Shown in pieces: positions 1 to 11,120 of a DNA stretch of 34,632 nucleotides. How positions within the stretch are numbered: the first letter of the stretch is position 1; each line of letters starts with the position of its first letter. Source of the DNA: Priapulus caudatus (taxonomy: Eukaryota); the NCBI RefSeq assembly GCF_000485595.1, contig NW_014577080.1:732196-766827 (forward strand). Reading direction: 5' to 3'. The notes beneath the pieces are model-generated. The model was not told the origin of the DNA, made no database searches, and was given only the letters and a program-made list of their open reading frames with translations. A program made the translations under genes and the position numbers.

Positions 1-1414
1 GGTGTTGAGCCTTTTCTCCACAAATGTTGTCATCTGTGCTGTGCCTAACTCATAGCAGCTCAGTAGGCGTCTTGTAACATCTTGTGGCATTACCACTCCT
101 GTGGCAATGTTGATAAGGGGTAAGGGGTCATCACTGTCATTGTCCACTTCATCAAGAGAGAATGGGTCTGTCATGAGGCCTGATGTGATTGTGGACAACA
201 GCTTGTTGACATCTCCCTCATCTCTCTTCCGTCTGTTTGGGGCTGCCTCCTTGTGTGTTCCCACTCAATCAGAATCTTGCAGGCCACACATCTCCTTCAT
301 TGCTGTTGTGATAACAGCTCGTTCGTGGCTGAGTAAGAACCAGCGTTCCAGTGCTCTGGGTTTCTGACTGATGCCGATGATGCCACCCTTGGTCTTTGAG
401 TCTAGGTTGATGGATTGCTCCAAGGCCATATCAGTCCACACCTGAGCAAACGGCTGACTAGACCTGCTGACAGCATGGTTTCCAGTGACAAACTCTTTGT
501 GAATGGCAGGATGTGTCTCCAACAGCTGGTTCATGTCGGTGATGTAGACAGGTAGCCATCGGGAATAGTTTGGCCTGTCTATGGCGAAGAAGTGGGGTGT
601 CATGGCAGAAGTTGGTCCTCTCTGCTCTGATGAACTGGAGAAGCAGCTGGACCATAGCAACATAGTCATCCCAGAAAGCAAACAGGTGAGATTTGCTGCG
701 AGCCTCATTCTTGAATGTGGTGAACTGCTGTTCCAGCTCTACCATGTTCTGCGTCAGCTTGTTTAAGTTTTCCTTGACATCTTTGCCTTCCTGAACAGCT
801 TCTCTACAAACCCTGGTGTATTCTGCCACTGCTTCCTTATCTGCACCACCACCATCATTGTCTGACAGCCACTTGATAAAGGCTTGCCACTGAAGACGGA
901 ATATGGCTTCCATGATCAGTCGATGTGCACAAACTCCTCGGTTGTAGGACTTGCCCTTTAGAAGCAGTGAGGCGGTGCCACTCCCATACACTCCCGATTC
1001 GATAAGTAGATCCTCTATTCCCGATCCATCATATTTCTTTCCCAGGAGGGATAGGTAGTTTATGGCTACATGGAAGCCTCACATGCAAATGACCATGTTG
1101 ACAAACTCTTCTGGTAGGCGCCATTGTATTTCTTTGGCTTTGACATAGATGGCGAGGTCGAACGTTATGACGCTGTCTTCCTGGCCAAGGCTCGCCATCA
1201 TGGCCTCCACATTCTTAATGACAGTGTACACTGTACTGGATTCTGTTGGGGATCCATCTATCATTGGGCAGTAACCAACACTGGTGAGGGTTGGTATACA
1301 TGAATGGACCATGGCATTGAATCCACTCCAGCTAGGTACAGTCTGCTGATCTGCAGACATTGGTGTGAGTTCCACCTCAAACAGCTTTGTTGGACAGAGT
1401 CGGACCAACGCCCG
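1..1414 (-). pseudogene. Decayed DNA-transposon transposase, most likely Academ (AcademX-type); runs off the left edge of the window
   Basis: Minus-strand ORFs 1079-1408 and 458-991 are in one frame, separated by TGA 1079-1081 (M*GFH, where GGFH is expected). A deletion/frameshift near 610-617 joins AERT directly to TSAMTPHFFAIDRPNYSRWL. Reading through TGA 265-267 gives VGTHKEAAPNRRKRDEGDV...DPF...LINIATGVV...FVEKRLNT to base 1. Motifs PSWSGFN, VGYCPMIDGSPT, VITFDLAIYVKA, GKSYNRG and DMALEQSINLDSKTKGGIIG match my recollection of the large Academ-type transposases of marine invertebrates. No introns. Confidence 0.75.
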
Positions 1415-1784
1415 TGCAGGATATCACACACAATCAGCTATAACAGTGCTACAAAAATCGCATTTATAGCATCCAGAGTGAAATCAATATATCATCATAT
1501 GGTTTTATGTGCTCACTCGTTCGTGTTATTGCACTCTGAACTCGCACCTAAAACTGATATCCATGCCAAATCATGTGATAATCTATTTATATAGAGTGGT
1601 GGTATATTTTGAGTAGTGCACACATGGTTATATCACATGGTTATAGCAACATGTGCTATCCATCCCAGTCAGTGGCTCATGTTGGAACATTCATTCATTT
1701 TGTATGTTTTACCTTTTTTATGTTTTTCCGCTTTGACCTGTAGTGACTTTCTAAGGCGGTTAACATTATATTTGTGTTAATACA

Positions 1785-1793
1785 GTNCGCACG

Positions 1794-1832
<39 letters not shown>

Positions 1833-1928
1833 ACACACGTAGACATACACAGCACACAACACGCGCGCACACACACACCCACACACACACACCCACACAC
1901 ACACACGTACGCACGCACACAGACGCAC
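1785..1928. repeat. (CA)n/(CGCA)n microsatellite
   Basis: Direct reading of the sequence. Confidence 0.95.
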
Positions 1929-2067
1929 TTCTAGTCATTACATAACATTGAAGGGCGCTGCACTTTCACCCTTGCATAAGCTTATTAGCGAGTATTTTTG
2001 GAACGACATCTTTAGGGTTTGTCAGCTGCGTAACACACAACTAGGAACTTAATATTATCCCGCCCAG

Positions 2068-2268
2068 CGGGAGAGAGAGTCAGGGGAGAGGGAGAGCAAG
2101 AGAGCGAGAGAGAGGGGAGAGTGATAGAGAGAGAGGGAGGGGGGGGAGAGATACAAAGACAGACAGAGCGAGGGAGAGAGTGAGGGAGAGAAAGAGAGCA
2201 AGCGAGAGGGGAGAGGGATAGAGAGAGAGAGAGAGAGGAGAGATAGAAAGACAGACATAGAGAAGAGC

Positions 2269-2309
<41 letters not shown>

Positions 2310-2310
2310 C
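2068..2310. repeat. Degenerate (GA)n purine tract
   Basis: Direct reading of the sequence. Confidence 0.95.
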
Positions 2311-2770
2311 AAGAAATAACGGCGCAGAAAGAGGAATGGGGCAGGAGAACTCTTTCTTAGCCATGGGCCCTATTAAAATGACCTTGAAATAACCGCTTTT
2401 AATCTGTTATGCGCGTCGAATTTTGCGCTGTGCGTACTTTACTTTATATGCCAACAGGCTGCGCGCAAATTTTTCCGATGCACGTGTTTGAATTGAATGC
2501 CGCACCTGGCATAGACGGTTAATAAAAATTACATCCTGCTGGAACTAATGTGGACATTTGCAGTTTTCGCGTTTCAGCCTGTTAAGTTGTTCAAGTGTAG
2601 CGGGCTCGAGCTAATATTAGACTCAGGTGCCACATTCTCTGGCCGCGCGTCACCGGCGCGGCACGCGAAGGCTGCTGTGGTCAACAACAGCCGTCGCTGT
2701 TTGCCCGTGTGTGCTAAAACCCCATACGCAGCTAATTAAAAAAGTTCATATGTAAATGTAAAGGCTGAGC

Positions 2771-3114
2771 AGGGCTCTATAGTCCCCGCGGGTACTGCCG
2801 GAACGTTCACCTCGGTACGGTCCGCGTATTACCTGCGACGTACCTTGCTGACTATCTCTACATTATGCCGCGACCGTACCTCCCTTTCCTGCTACTCTAC
2901 TAACGAGTTCTTGCGGAGTTCGCTTACCTCCTCTACGCCTAACCTCCCCCCCAACCCTAACCTAATCCCAAATACCCGAGCCTAACCCTTAACCCTAATT
3001 CTAAACCACTAACCATATCAAATAGTGACCAGGGCTACGCTTCCGGTTATTACCGGACCCGGATCGCCTACCCAGGGTACGTTCCGGCAGTACCGGGGGA
3101 CATTATGCACCCTA
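2771..3114. mobile_element. Non-autonomous TIR element with internal (CCCTAA)n-like repeats
   Basis: Perfect 16-bp inverted repeat GGTACTGCCGGAACGT (2791-2806) / ACGTTCCGGCAGTACC (3079-3094) within longer imperfect TIRs. TGAGC lies on both flanks (2766-2770, 3115-3119). Telomere-like repeats at about 2938-3015. Confidence 0.75.
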
Positions 3115-4149
3115 TGAGCGTAAAGTAAAAGTGCAGTAGTGCGTTTGTGTGCTGTGTGTGTGTGGTCGTGCTGCGTTGGCGTGCGTGCGTCTGCGTGCGT
3201 AGCGTGCGTTGCCGATGCGTGCTGTGCAGTGACGGGTCGCGTCTTGTGTGTGCGTGTGTGTGGCTCGTGAATTAAACAGCGAGTAAGGGCGCTGGGGCAT
3301 CGATTTAGTAGTGCTGCTGCTGCTGCTGCTGCGTGTGTTTGCTCGCCTTCAAACGTGGCCGTCCACTGTTAAATTCATCACAAAGGCACGAAAGTCAATG
3401 CCGGCCGGGGCGCGGATCTGATGGACGACGGACAGGCGAGGAGAGGAGGGGGGGGGCAAAGACGGATGTTGGCAGGCCTTGTAACATTTACTTCTAATGT
3501 CTATTTCGCCGCTGACCCTTGCGGCAATGTCGATTCATAATGAAAGAGTAGCTAGCGATTTCTGTCGACTGTCACTCGATCGTTTGAAAATTGCGAGCAG
3601 AATCGTAATTCGAATTCACAATTTACAGAGAGCTAAAAAATACAAAGACGCAAAACTTGTTTTTGGGAACTGCGACGACTGAGGATGGTCTGGGCAAGTA
3701 CACGTTGAAGTTTTTGAACGAGCAGATGCGAGTTCGTACACAAAAACTCTATAATGGTACAAAAATACTACTCCTATATATAATAATATAACGCGATTAT
3801 CAACTAGCCACAGCACGTGTGCTTAATACGTGTGTATGTGCGTGCGTGTGGGTTATCGATGTTATATGTGTGAGTGAGGTGGCGTGAAGCTGCGCGATGT
3901 CTCCTCGTTGGTACTGATGCTCTCCGGATGCTGCGAGCAGCCACTCCGCTATGCACGCGGTAGTCATGGCGCCAGGTTAGATAAAATGATGCGGTAATGC
4001 GCGTAGTTACACTGCGCCGTGATCATAGCAGGAGCACGTGAATGGATGGGGCTTCATGCTCTAGTCATGTATTACTGATTACATCGGTAATAATGTACAT
4101 GGTAATTAATGACCGTCAGCATAAAACCGTGGCGAAGCGCAGGCTATTA

Positions 4150-4261
4150 TGTACGTGCGCGTGTGCGTGCCTGTGTGCGTGCCTATGAGCGTGCATGCGT
4201 GCTACGCTTGCGTGCGTTCGTGCTTGCATGCGTGCGTTTGTGCGCATGTGTGTGTGGGTGT

Positions 4262-4298
<37 letters not shown>

Positions 4299-4302
4299 TG
4301 TT
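4150..4302. repeat. (GCGT)n microsatellite
   Basis: Direct reading of the sequence. Confidence 0.95.
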
Positions 4303-4934
4303 TGTAAATTTGTTATATTCTTCTTCGCGATGCTATATCGATGCCAAATGTCACTGCAAATGCATTTTCTGAATTCGCTGTTATGGAAACCTCGTATTTA
4401 TTTATTGGTGCCTCATTTAGAGAGAATAATTATCCCCCTGTGTTTACACGAATGACCTGATATTTCTTTACAGGCCCTTCTAGTTTAATTGTCCATTGTT
4501 GTCTCAGGATGGCAAGTCATTCTATGGCTATATATTATACAAAGTATATGAGATTCCGTGCTCAAACAGGTTTTTTATTTGAACGTCATCGAAGCAAATC
4601 ACATGTCATCAAATCTCTACCGAGGATCGTTCAAGGGGCTAATTTTTAATTTCCAAATAGCGTGCCCTCCACGCTTCCCGCCATCACGCACCCGCATTCA
4701 CCGCGGTCACAGACAATGGCCGGTGTAAGGTGGGGGGGGGGAGGATGATATCCCGTCACACAAGAGGGGGAGAGGGTAATATCCCGGGTAATGTTTGAGC
4801 AAACATTTTGTAGGGCGAACGGGCGCCTCCGGCTAGACGGACGTGTGTTTGCGCTCGGTGTTCGGCCAGCTTTGTCATAATTTGTCCGTAATTTCCGAAT
4901 ATTTCGAGCGTTGGGCAGACGGAGGCAATGGAAG

Positions 4935-5445
4935 CGACAAGGGTTGAATTCTAGGCCGCAGGTTTGGCCAAGGTTGTATGCTAGGGTTGGTTGTGTGTAG
5001 CTGTGTACACGACAATTAAGACAAGGGGTGAATGCTAGGTTTGGCCGCGTGTAGCCGTGGTACACTACAAGACAAGGGTTGTATGCTACGGTAGGCAATG
5101 TGTAGCCGTGGCTATACGACAAGGCAAATGTTGTATGCGAGGGTAGGCTGCGTGTAGTTGTGGGTCCACGACAAGACAAGGGATGAATGCTAAGTGGGCC
5201 GTGTGTAGCTGTGGGTAAACGACAAGACAAGGGTTGTATGCTAGGATTGGCCCCGTCTGGCTGTGGACATGACAAGACAATGGTTGAATGCCAGGGTAGG
5301 CTGCGTGTAGTTGTGGGTGCATGACAAGATAAGGGTTGTGTGTTAGGTTAGGTCGCGTGTAGCCGTCGGTATACGTCAGGAAAGGGGTTGCATGCTAGGT
5401 TCGGCCATGTGTGGCTGTGGGTACGATAATCGAAGGGTCGCATCC
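4935..5445. repeat. Minisatellite, ~51-52-bp unit, about 10 diverged copies
   Basis: Approximate consensus GACAAGACAAGGGTTGWATGCTAGGGTTGGCCGCGTGTAGCTGTGGGTACAC. The core GTTGWATGC recurs near 4974, 5027, 5078, 5130, 5182, 5233, 5283, 5335, 5387 and 5437. Confidence 0.9.
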
Positions 5446-6263
5446 TCAGAGAGATGGCGTGGAGCTATGGGAGACACAAGGGGTTAATAATGAATGCAGA
5501 GGGGAGGGGGCGTAAGCGGGGCAGCTGCTGCGGGGAGTTGATTGACAGAGTTCGTAAATAGTGGAGGCCAGACGTGCTGAAGTCTGCGCACCCGATGATT
5601 GCACTAACGCTAATGATGGGAAGCTCTAATAGCCAGACTAATGTCGCACAGATTTGTCTCCCGTTACGTCGCTCTGTCGCACAGCGCAGAGGCAGTCAAA
5701 TGCTCGCAGCTAATTCGAGATGAGTTGACCACACTAACTACAACACTGGGCGTAGCGCTCCATTGATGGACCAACAATTGAATCAGTCGAATTCATAGAT
5801 CAATGTACGAACATTTAATACCCTGTTCAATTACACGCATTTGAGTTTCATGGAAATCCTTAGATATATTAATTATGCAAGCAAACTGTAATGATGTAAT
5901 AAAATATAATGTCGCGATGCGTGGCTGTTTGCAACCGGCTTGTCTTCCCTTACCTGCGCGTGTGCTCGACTGATATGGTGCGATTATGCTAATTACATGT
6001 GGTTAGCAGTAAGCGGTGTTTGAAAGGTATATATAATAGTAAGGAATAAACGACGCAATATTGGTGCAGTCTAGTCTGAAACTGGTGTGATGAAATACGG
6101 CCGAAATCAGTAGTCGCGACGATTACGCACATTTATCTGATCATTACGATGTCTGTAATGGATCTAGTTTGAGATTGATGGGGGAAGCCAGTTGGCTGAC
6201 ATCTGGAAATGTGGGGGTACGTATTGCATTTCAGCTTGACTCTGTGCTAGGCCTAATAATTAG

Positions 6264-7046
6264 TAGGGCTGTAACGATACACATACCTCTCGATTCGATC
6301 TGTATCTCGATATTAGCCTCGCGATTCGATTCCTTTGATTCGATTCCCAAAATATTGAAGTGTTTTTAACCAACCATTTTTACCAACTATCACATTCATG
6401 CTTTTTCTTAATTTTATATAACAAAATCACTTTAAGCAGATAATTAAAATAATAACAGTAATAGGTCAAATGACTAGAAATTATGAGAAATTGCCAATGG
6501 ATACTAATGGTGAATATAGGGACCCAATTATAACCAAACATTACCTCTTAGTAGGTAGAATAAAATGTCAAAGAATACCATACTTAAGTACGGGATACAT
6601 CCTTCCCAAAGAGTGATAAAATTGATTGCATGTAGACATACTAGGTCAATTAAGTACTGGGCCTACTGGACAAAGCTTTGCCAAAAAATAATTAAGTGTC
6701 GAAGTGACCAGAAACTTAAAATAATAAACAGAGATTCATGGAGTCACAGTCACCAAATGCAATAAGATTGACAAATATAAGTAATAACAAATCTGTACGG
6801 TGTAGTTCTCAAACTCGAGCCCTAGCTGTAAACAACGTGTTAGCTGTAGACGCTGATTAGCTGACTGGCGAGTCGTGACTACTGACCAATCAGAGCACGC
6901 GTCTCATACACACTTCGGCCGATGCATACAGTCTAAAAATTGGAGCGGATTGGATCGAATCGAAAATACAGGAAAAAATATCGAGGATCGAATCGAGGGA
7001 AGAGAATCGTGATCCGATTCGATTTCGGTGGATCGTTACAGCCCTA
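6264..7046. mobile_element. Complete non-autonomous hAT-type element (MITE), 783 bp
   Basis: Perfect 15-bp TIRs TAGGGCTGTAACGAT (6264-6278) / ATCGTTACAGCCCTA (7032-7046). Perfect 8-bp TSD ATAATTAG (6256-6263, 7047-7054). Subterminal CGATT/AATCG motif clusters at both ends. No coding capacity. Confidence 0.93.
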
Positions 7047-7193
7047 ATAATTAGTGATACAGCTTTCGCTTTCGGGGATCAGTAATTACGAAGACGTAGC
7101 AGTCATGGTCGCTTTGTCATAGCCTTTGGCTAATTAAAGTGTAATGACAAAATTATGCTACTTGAGTTATATATTTCGTATGTTACCGTCGTA

Positions 7194-7211
7194 CGCACAC
7201 ACTCAGGCACA

Positions 7212-7251
<40 letters not shown>

Positions 7252-7360
7252 CACACGCACACACACATTCACTCATACATGCGCGCACACACGCGCACGC
7301 ACGCACCACATTCACTCATACATACGAGCAAACACGCTCACCACGCACGCATGCACACAC
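7194..7360. repeat. (GCAC)n/(CA)n microsatellite
   Basis: Direct reading of the sequence. Confidence 0.95.
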
Positions 7361-7548
7361 TTGACGTGCTCTGTGGTATGTCTAGTATGAATATGATCTC
7401 GAGTACACGACTGCTGTTGTCGGCACAAGTTAGTTCAGGCGTTTCGCCGGGGATGTCCTATCTGGTTTAATTTATCTATCTTATTCACACACAATACCCA
7501 CAGCCAACACGATATCTATCTCTGTCGTGTATTAGCCCGCTCTCTCTC

Positions 7549-8520
7549 TTTTTAGGCGTCGCCCTTGCATCGTCAAATGTAGCTATTGCACATGGGTCGT
7601 CCGTCCGCGTACGTCCGTCTGTTCGTCCGTCCGTCGCGTCCGTCGAACATTGTTGGCTACGGTCAACGATAACTCAAGAACAATTTGACCCACATGTTTC
7701 AAATTGCATATTAGGTTGTTTACTCCTATGCGGCAAGGAGGTTTGAAAGTCCCTAATTTTGGAGGAACGCAACCCCAGCACCCATCAAAGTCGCCTCTTT
7801 CGAGCCACGTCCACTTTTTTGGCAGAAAATGGAAATGGACCATAAGTCAGATTCAGGTATCACGATTTTGCTCATGATTCTGGGATACGCGGCATGAAAC
7901 CCTAAAGGACTGGCCCAAAACATAATCACAGCAGGTTAAATTTATTATTATTATTATGCCCAAATATAGAGTAAATTTTAGCATCCAATTTTCAACTATG
8001 CAATACTCAGTGTCTGCCTACGGTACAACCGATAACTCACACGCAACCCCGTATTGACACCACATCGCTTTCAGCACCAACAATTGCAAAAATCAACAGT
8101 TGTTTACTTCCATGGGAGCGATTTGAACGTCGTATTTTGGAGCATGCCAGTCGACCTACTTTCGAGTCACGCCCACTTTTTGCAATTCGACAAATGGCCA
8201 TCTAGATTCAATTCGTAATTTTGCTTAAATATATGGTTACTACTGAAATGTGCATAAGGACATAGCACCCCAAAACAGGTTGTTCAAACTCCACCACCCC
8301 TGGGAGAGATACCACCCGTACTTATTACAGTTTAATTCCCAAACCGTCATAAACCTGGTTAACAAACTCCTACAAATCATACCTAATCCTCGACGTGCTC
8401 ATGATTGTGTTTATACCGATTCTTTACGTTAACCAAGTAATTTGAGCTGGAATATTTTATTGATTTTAATTATGATTATTCGATATGCCTATATAATCGG
8501 GAGTATCTTCCATATAACTC
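7549..8520 (+). mobile_element. Probable Helentron-associated non-autonomous element (HINE/DINE-1-like); 3' boundary uncertain
   Basis: T-run start TTTTTAGG, then AGCTATTG and a (CGTC)n microsatellite (7598-7645), then GATAACTC...TTTCAAATTGCATA. An internal diverged repeat AGTCG..CTTTCGAGYCACGYCCACTTTTT occurs at ~7789 and ~8149. This layout is typical of HINEs. Confidence 0.55.
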
Positions 8521-8589
8521 TTGCCTTTATATTATCCCCTCCCTCTTCTATTCACAACCCAATGTGAGCATACAGTGTCATGACACTTT

Positions 8590-9240
8590 CATCTCTTTCT
8601 CTTTCTAGACTCTCATCTTCTCTCTCATCTCTACCCTGCCATTCAGGACAAGCAATCTCTCTCTCGTCTTCTCTCTCGCTCCTCGCTCTCGAACTTTCTC
8701 TTCCCCTCTCTCCGATTACCGATTCTATATTGCCCTCTTATTATTTATCTTTCTATATCCTCTCTCTTCTCGCTCGTCGTCTCTTGATCTCGCTCTCTCC
8801 TTCTCTCGCTCTCTCCTCTCTTATTCCTCGCTCTCTCTCTCGTCTCTCGTCTTTCGTCTTCTCTCTCTCTCTCGTGCTCATCGTCTCATCTCGTCGTCTC
8901 TCTCTCGGTCTCTCTCTCTTCTTAACATATACTAATATATATAAATAAAAATAATAATTTTAATTCTCTCTAATATCTCTCTCTCAAAAAAAATCGGAAG
9001 TATGGAAGATCCGCCTCTCTCTCTCTCTCTCTCATCCTCTCTCCCCTCTCGCTCTCTCTCCTCTCTCTCTATAGATCTTTTATCTCTATCTTTCTCTCTC
9101 TGTCCGTCTCTCTCCTCTCTCGTCTCTCCTCTCTCTCTTCTCTCTATGCTCTCTCTCACTGCCGTCTCTCTCTCCCACCATTTCCCCCTGTCCTTCCCCT
9201 CTTCTATGACGACATAAGGTGTGAAGATATATCTCTCTCT
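8590..9240. repeat. Degenerate (CT)n pyrimidine tracts, probably a low-quality consensus
   Basis: Direct reading of the sequence; irregular interruptions. Confidence 0.9.
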
Positions 9241-9802
9241 CAACACTCAGTCCCTCGCGTCACGCGTGAATTGTTTGCTGTGTTTTCTTTTTCATGCTCA
9301 GCGCATGTTTAACGCGCACGCTGTGTTGCTTGCAGCGAGGAGTTTTGCGGGATGGACTTAAATGGCTGCGTTACAACACTTACATGTGTCGTTTGGTCGT
9401 CAGCACATTAATAATTGAAGATAGCTGTATGTTTTTGGTGTCGTGGTCGGTGGCGCGTGCTGACGCGGTGAATTGGTTTATGTCGGGCAGCGATTTGGCA
9501 AGCGTGAGTTTCAGCGGCCGCAGAATTCAGGAGCTAATTATTTAATTAATTGTAATTTATTCTTCTTCTGTTGTCTGTTTTGGCTGTCTGTTTGGATGTC
9601 TGTCCTGTCTGTACTGATCTGCTGGCTGTCCGTCTGGCGTCTGGCTGGCTCCGTATTTCTGTTTTCTATCTGGTCTGATCGTCTCTGTAATCTCTCTATC
9701 TGTTTGTNNNNNNNNNNNNNNNNNNNNNNNNNGCCGTCTCTCTCCTTCCTCTCTCTCCTCTCCTTTTCTCTCATTTCTCCTTCGTCTGCGTCTCTCTCCC
9801 TG

Positions 9803-9835
<33 letters not shown>

Positions 9836-10250
9836 ATCTCTCTCTCTCTCTCTCCCTCTCTCTCCCTCTCTTCCCCTCTCTCTATAGACATATAGGTGTG
9901 AAGATTATCTCTCTCAACACTAGTCCCTCGCGTCAGCGCGTGAATTGTTCGCCTGTGTTCTTTTCATGCTCAGCAGCATTGGTTTAGGCGCACCTGTGTT
10001 GCTTGCAGCGAGGATTTTGTGTGACTTAAATGTGTGCGTTACACACTTACATGTGTGCGTTTGGCTCGTCCAGCATAGATAATTGAAGATCAGTTTGTTT
10101 TTGGTGGTGGTGGTGGTGGCGGTGGCTGACCGTGAATTGGTTTATGTCGGCAGCGTTTGGCCAGCGTGAGTTTAAGCGGCCGAGATTAGGAGCTAATTAT
10201 TTAATTTAATGTAATTTATTCTTCTGTGTCTGTTTGGCTGTCTGTTTGGA
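9210..10250. repeat. Apparent tandem duplication (~9210-9600 vs ~9886-10250) around a 25-N gap; likely assembly artefact
   Basis: Both copies read GACATA..GGTGTGAAGAT..TCTCTCTCAACACT..GTCCCTCGCGTCA..CGCGTGAATTG...GGAGCTAATTATTTAATT and differ mostly by 1-nt indels. N run at 9708-9732. Confidence 0.85.
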
Positions 10251-10445
10251 TGTCTGTCTGTCTGTCTGTCTGTCTGGCTGTCTGTCTGGCTGTCTGGCTC
10301 CGTCTCTCTGTTTGTCTATCTGTCTGTCTGTCTCTGTATCTCTGTTTGTGTCTGTCTGACTGTCTGTCTGTCTGTCTGCCTGTCTGTCTGTTTCTCTCTG
10401 TTTATATGTCTGTCGGCCTGTCTGTATGTCTGTCTCTCTCTCGCA
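10225..10445. repeat. (TGTC)n microsatellite
   Basis: Direct reading of the sequence. Confidence 0.95.
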
Positions 10446-11036
10446 CTTTCCCCTTCTCCCCCCCCTTCGCATACGCACACATACGTAATTATCCACGCAC
10501 GAACGCAATTAACGCAACCACTCTCTCGCTCTGTGCCTCCCCCTCCTTGCTTTCGCCCTTTTACCACCTTTTTATAGATCGCTAGTGTTCGCGTGCATGT
10601 GACAAGTGTACCTGAATCATGAGGTCAATCTGTCACTAGTGCGTGTGGTCTCTGGTCTGATGCATGCTGCTGCTGTCTACATAGGTGCTTTATGGAATGT
10701 CCCCGACAGCGTATCGTCGTCACAACAATGTGAATTACACTGCAAAAAGACACCAACTTTGTAATTGCTGCATTTGTTAATCGCAAAAAGCGAATAGTTA
10801 ACAACTGAAACATTCATCTATGCTATCGTGCGTGTTAAGTACATGTGACAGCGTGGGGGGTAGAAAATCTTCAGAATGCGATTTGATAATCCATTCTAGC
10901 AGTCTTTGAGATGAGTATGAAAAACCAGCCAATCCTGATTACGAAAGGTTTGATTTCAACTATCAAGTAGTAAAATCCATAGAAATTAGCCTCCGGCAAC
11001 TGTACGCGGGCTATAGTACTAGAGCTAGTCCTGCCG

Positions 11037-11120
11037 TAGCTCTGTCGGCGTAACCCCTTCGCTCCCGCTGCAGCGGCCGGTACCTGTAGCGGGAGCGAAT
11101 GGGTTACACGGATAGAGCTA
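11037..11120. repeat. 37-bp-arm inverted repeat built from the unit of the 14370-14722 minisatellite
   Basis: TAGCTCTGTCGGCGTAACCCCTTCGCTCCCGCTGCAG (11037-11073) vs CTGTAGCGGGAGCGAATGGGTTACACGGATAGAGCTA (11084-11120): 32/37 complementary, 10-nt spacer. Confidence 0.85.

Noticed and set aside
265..1081. Two in-frame TGAs in the transposase as possible selenocysteine or recoding
   Set aside because: Each is one substitution from the expected Gly or Arg codon, and the ORF also has a frameshifting deletion; ordinary decay explains them.
4646..5322. 209-aa and 78-aa minus-strand ORFs
   Set aside because: Products of the 52-bp minisatellite; the unit length does not preserve frame.
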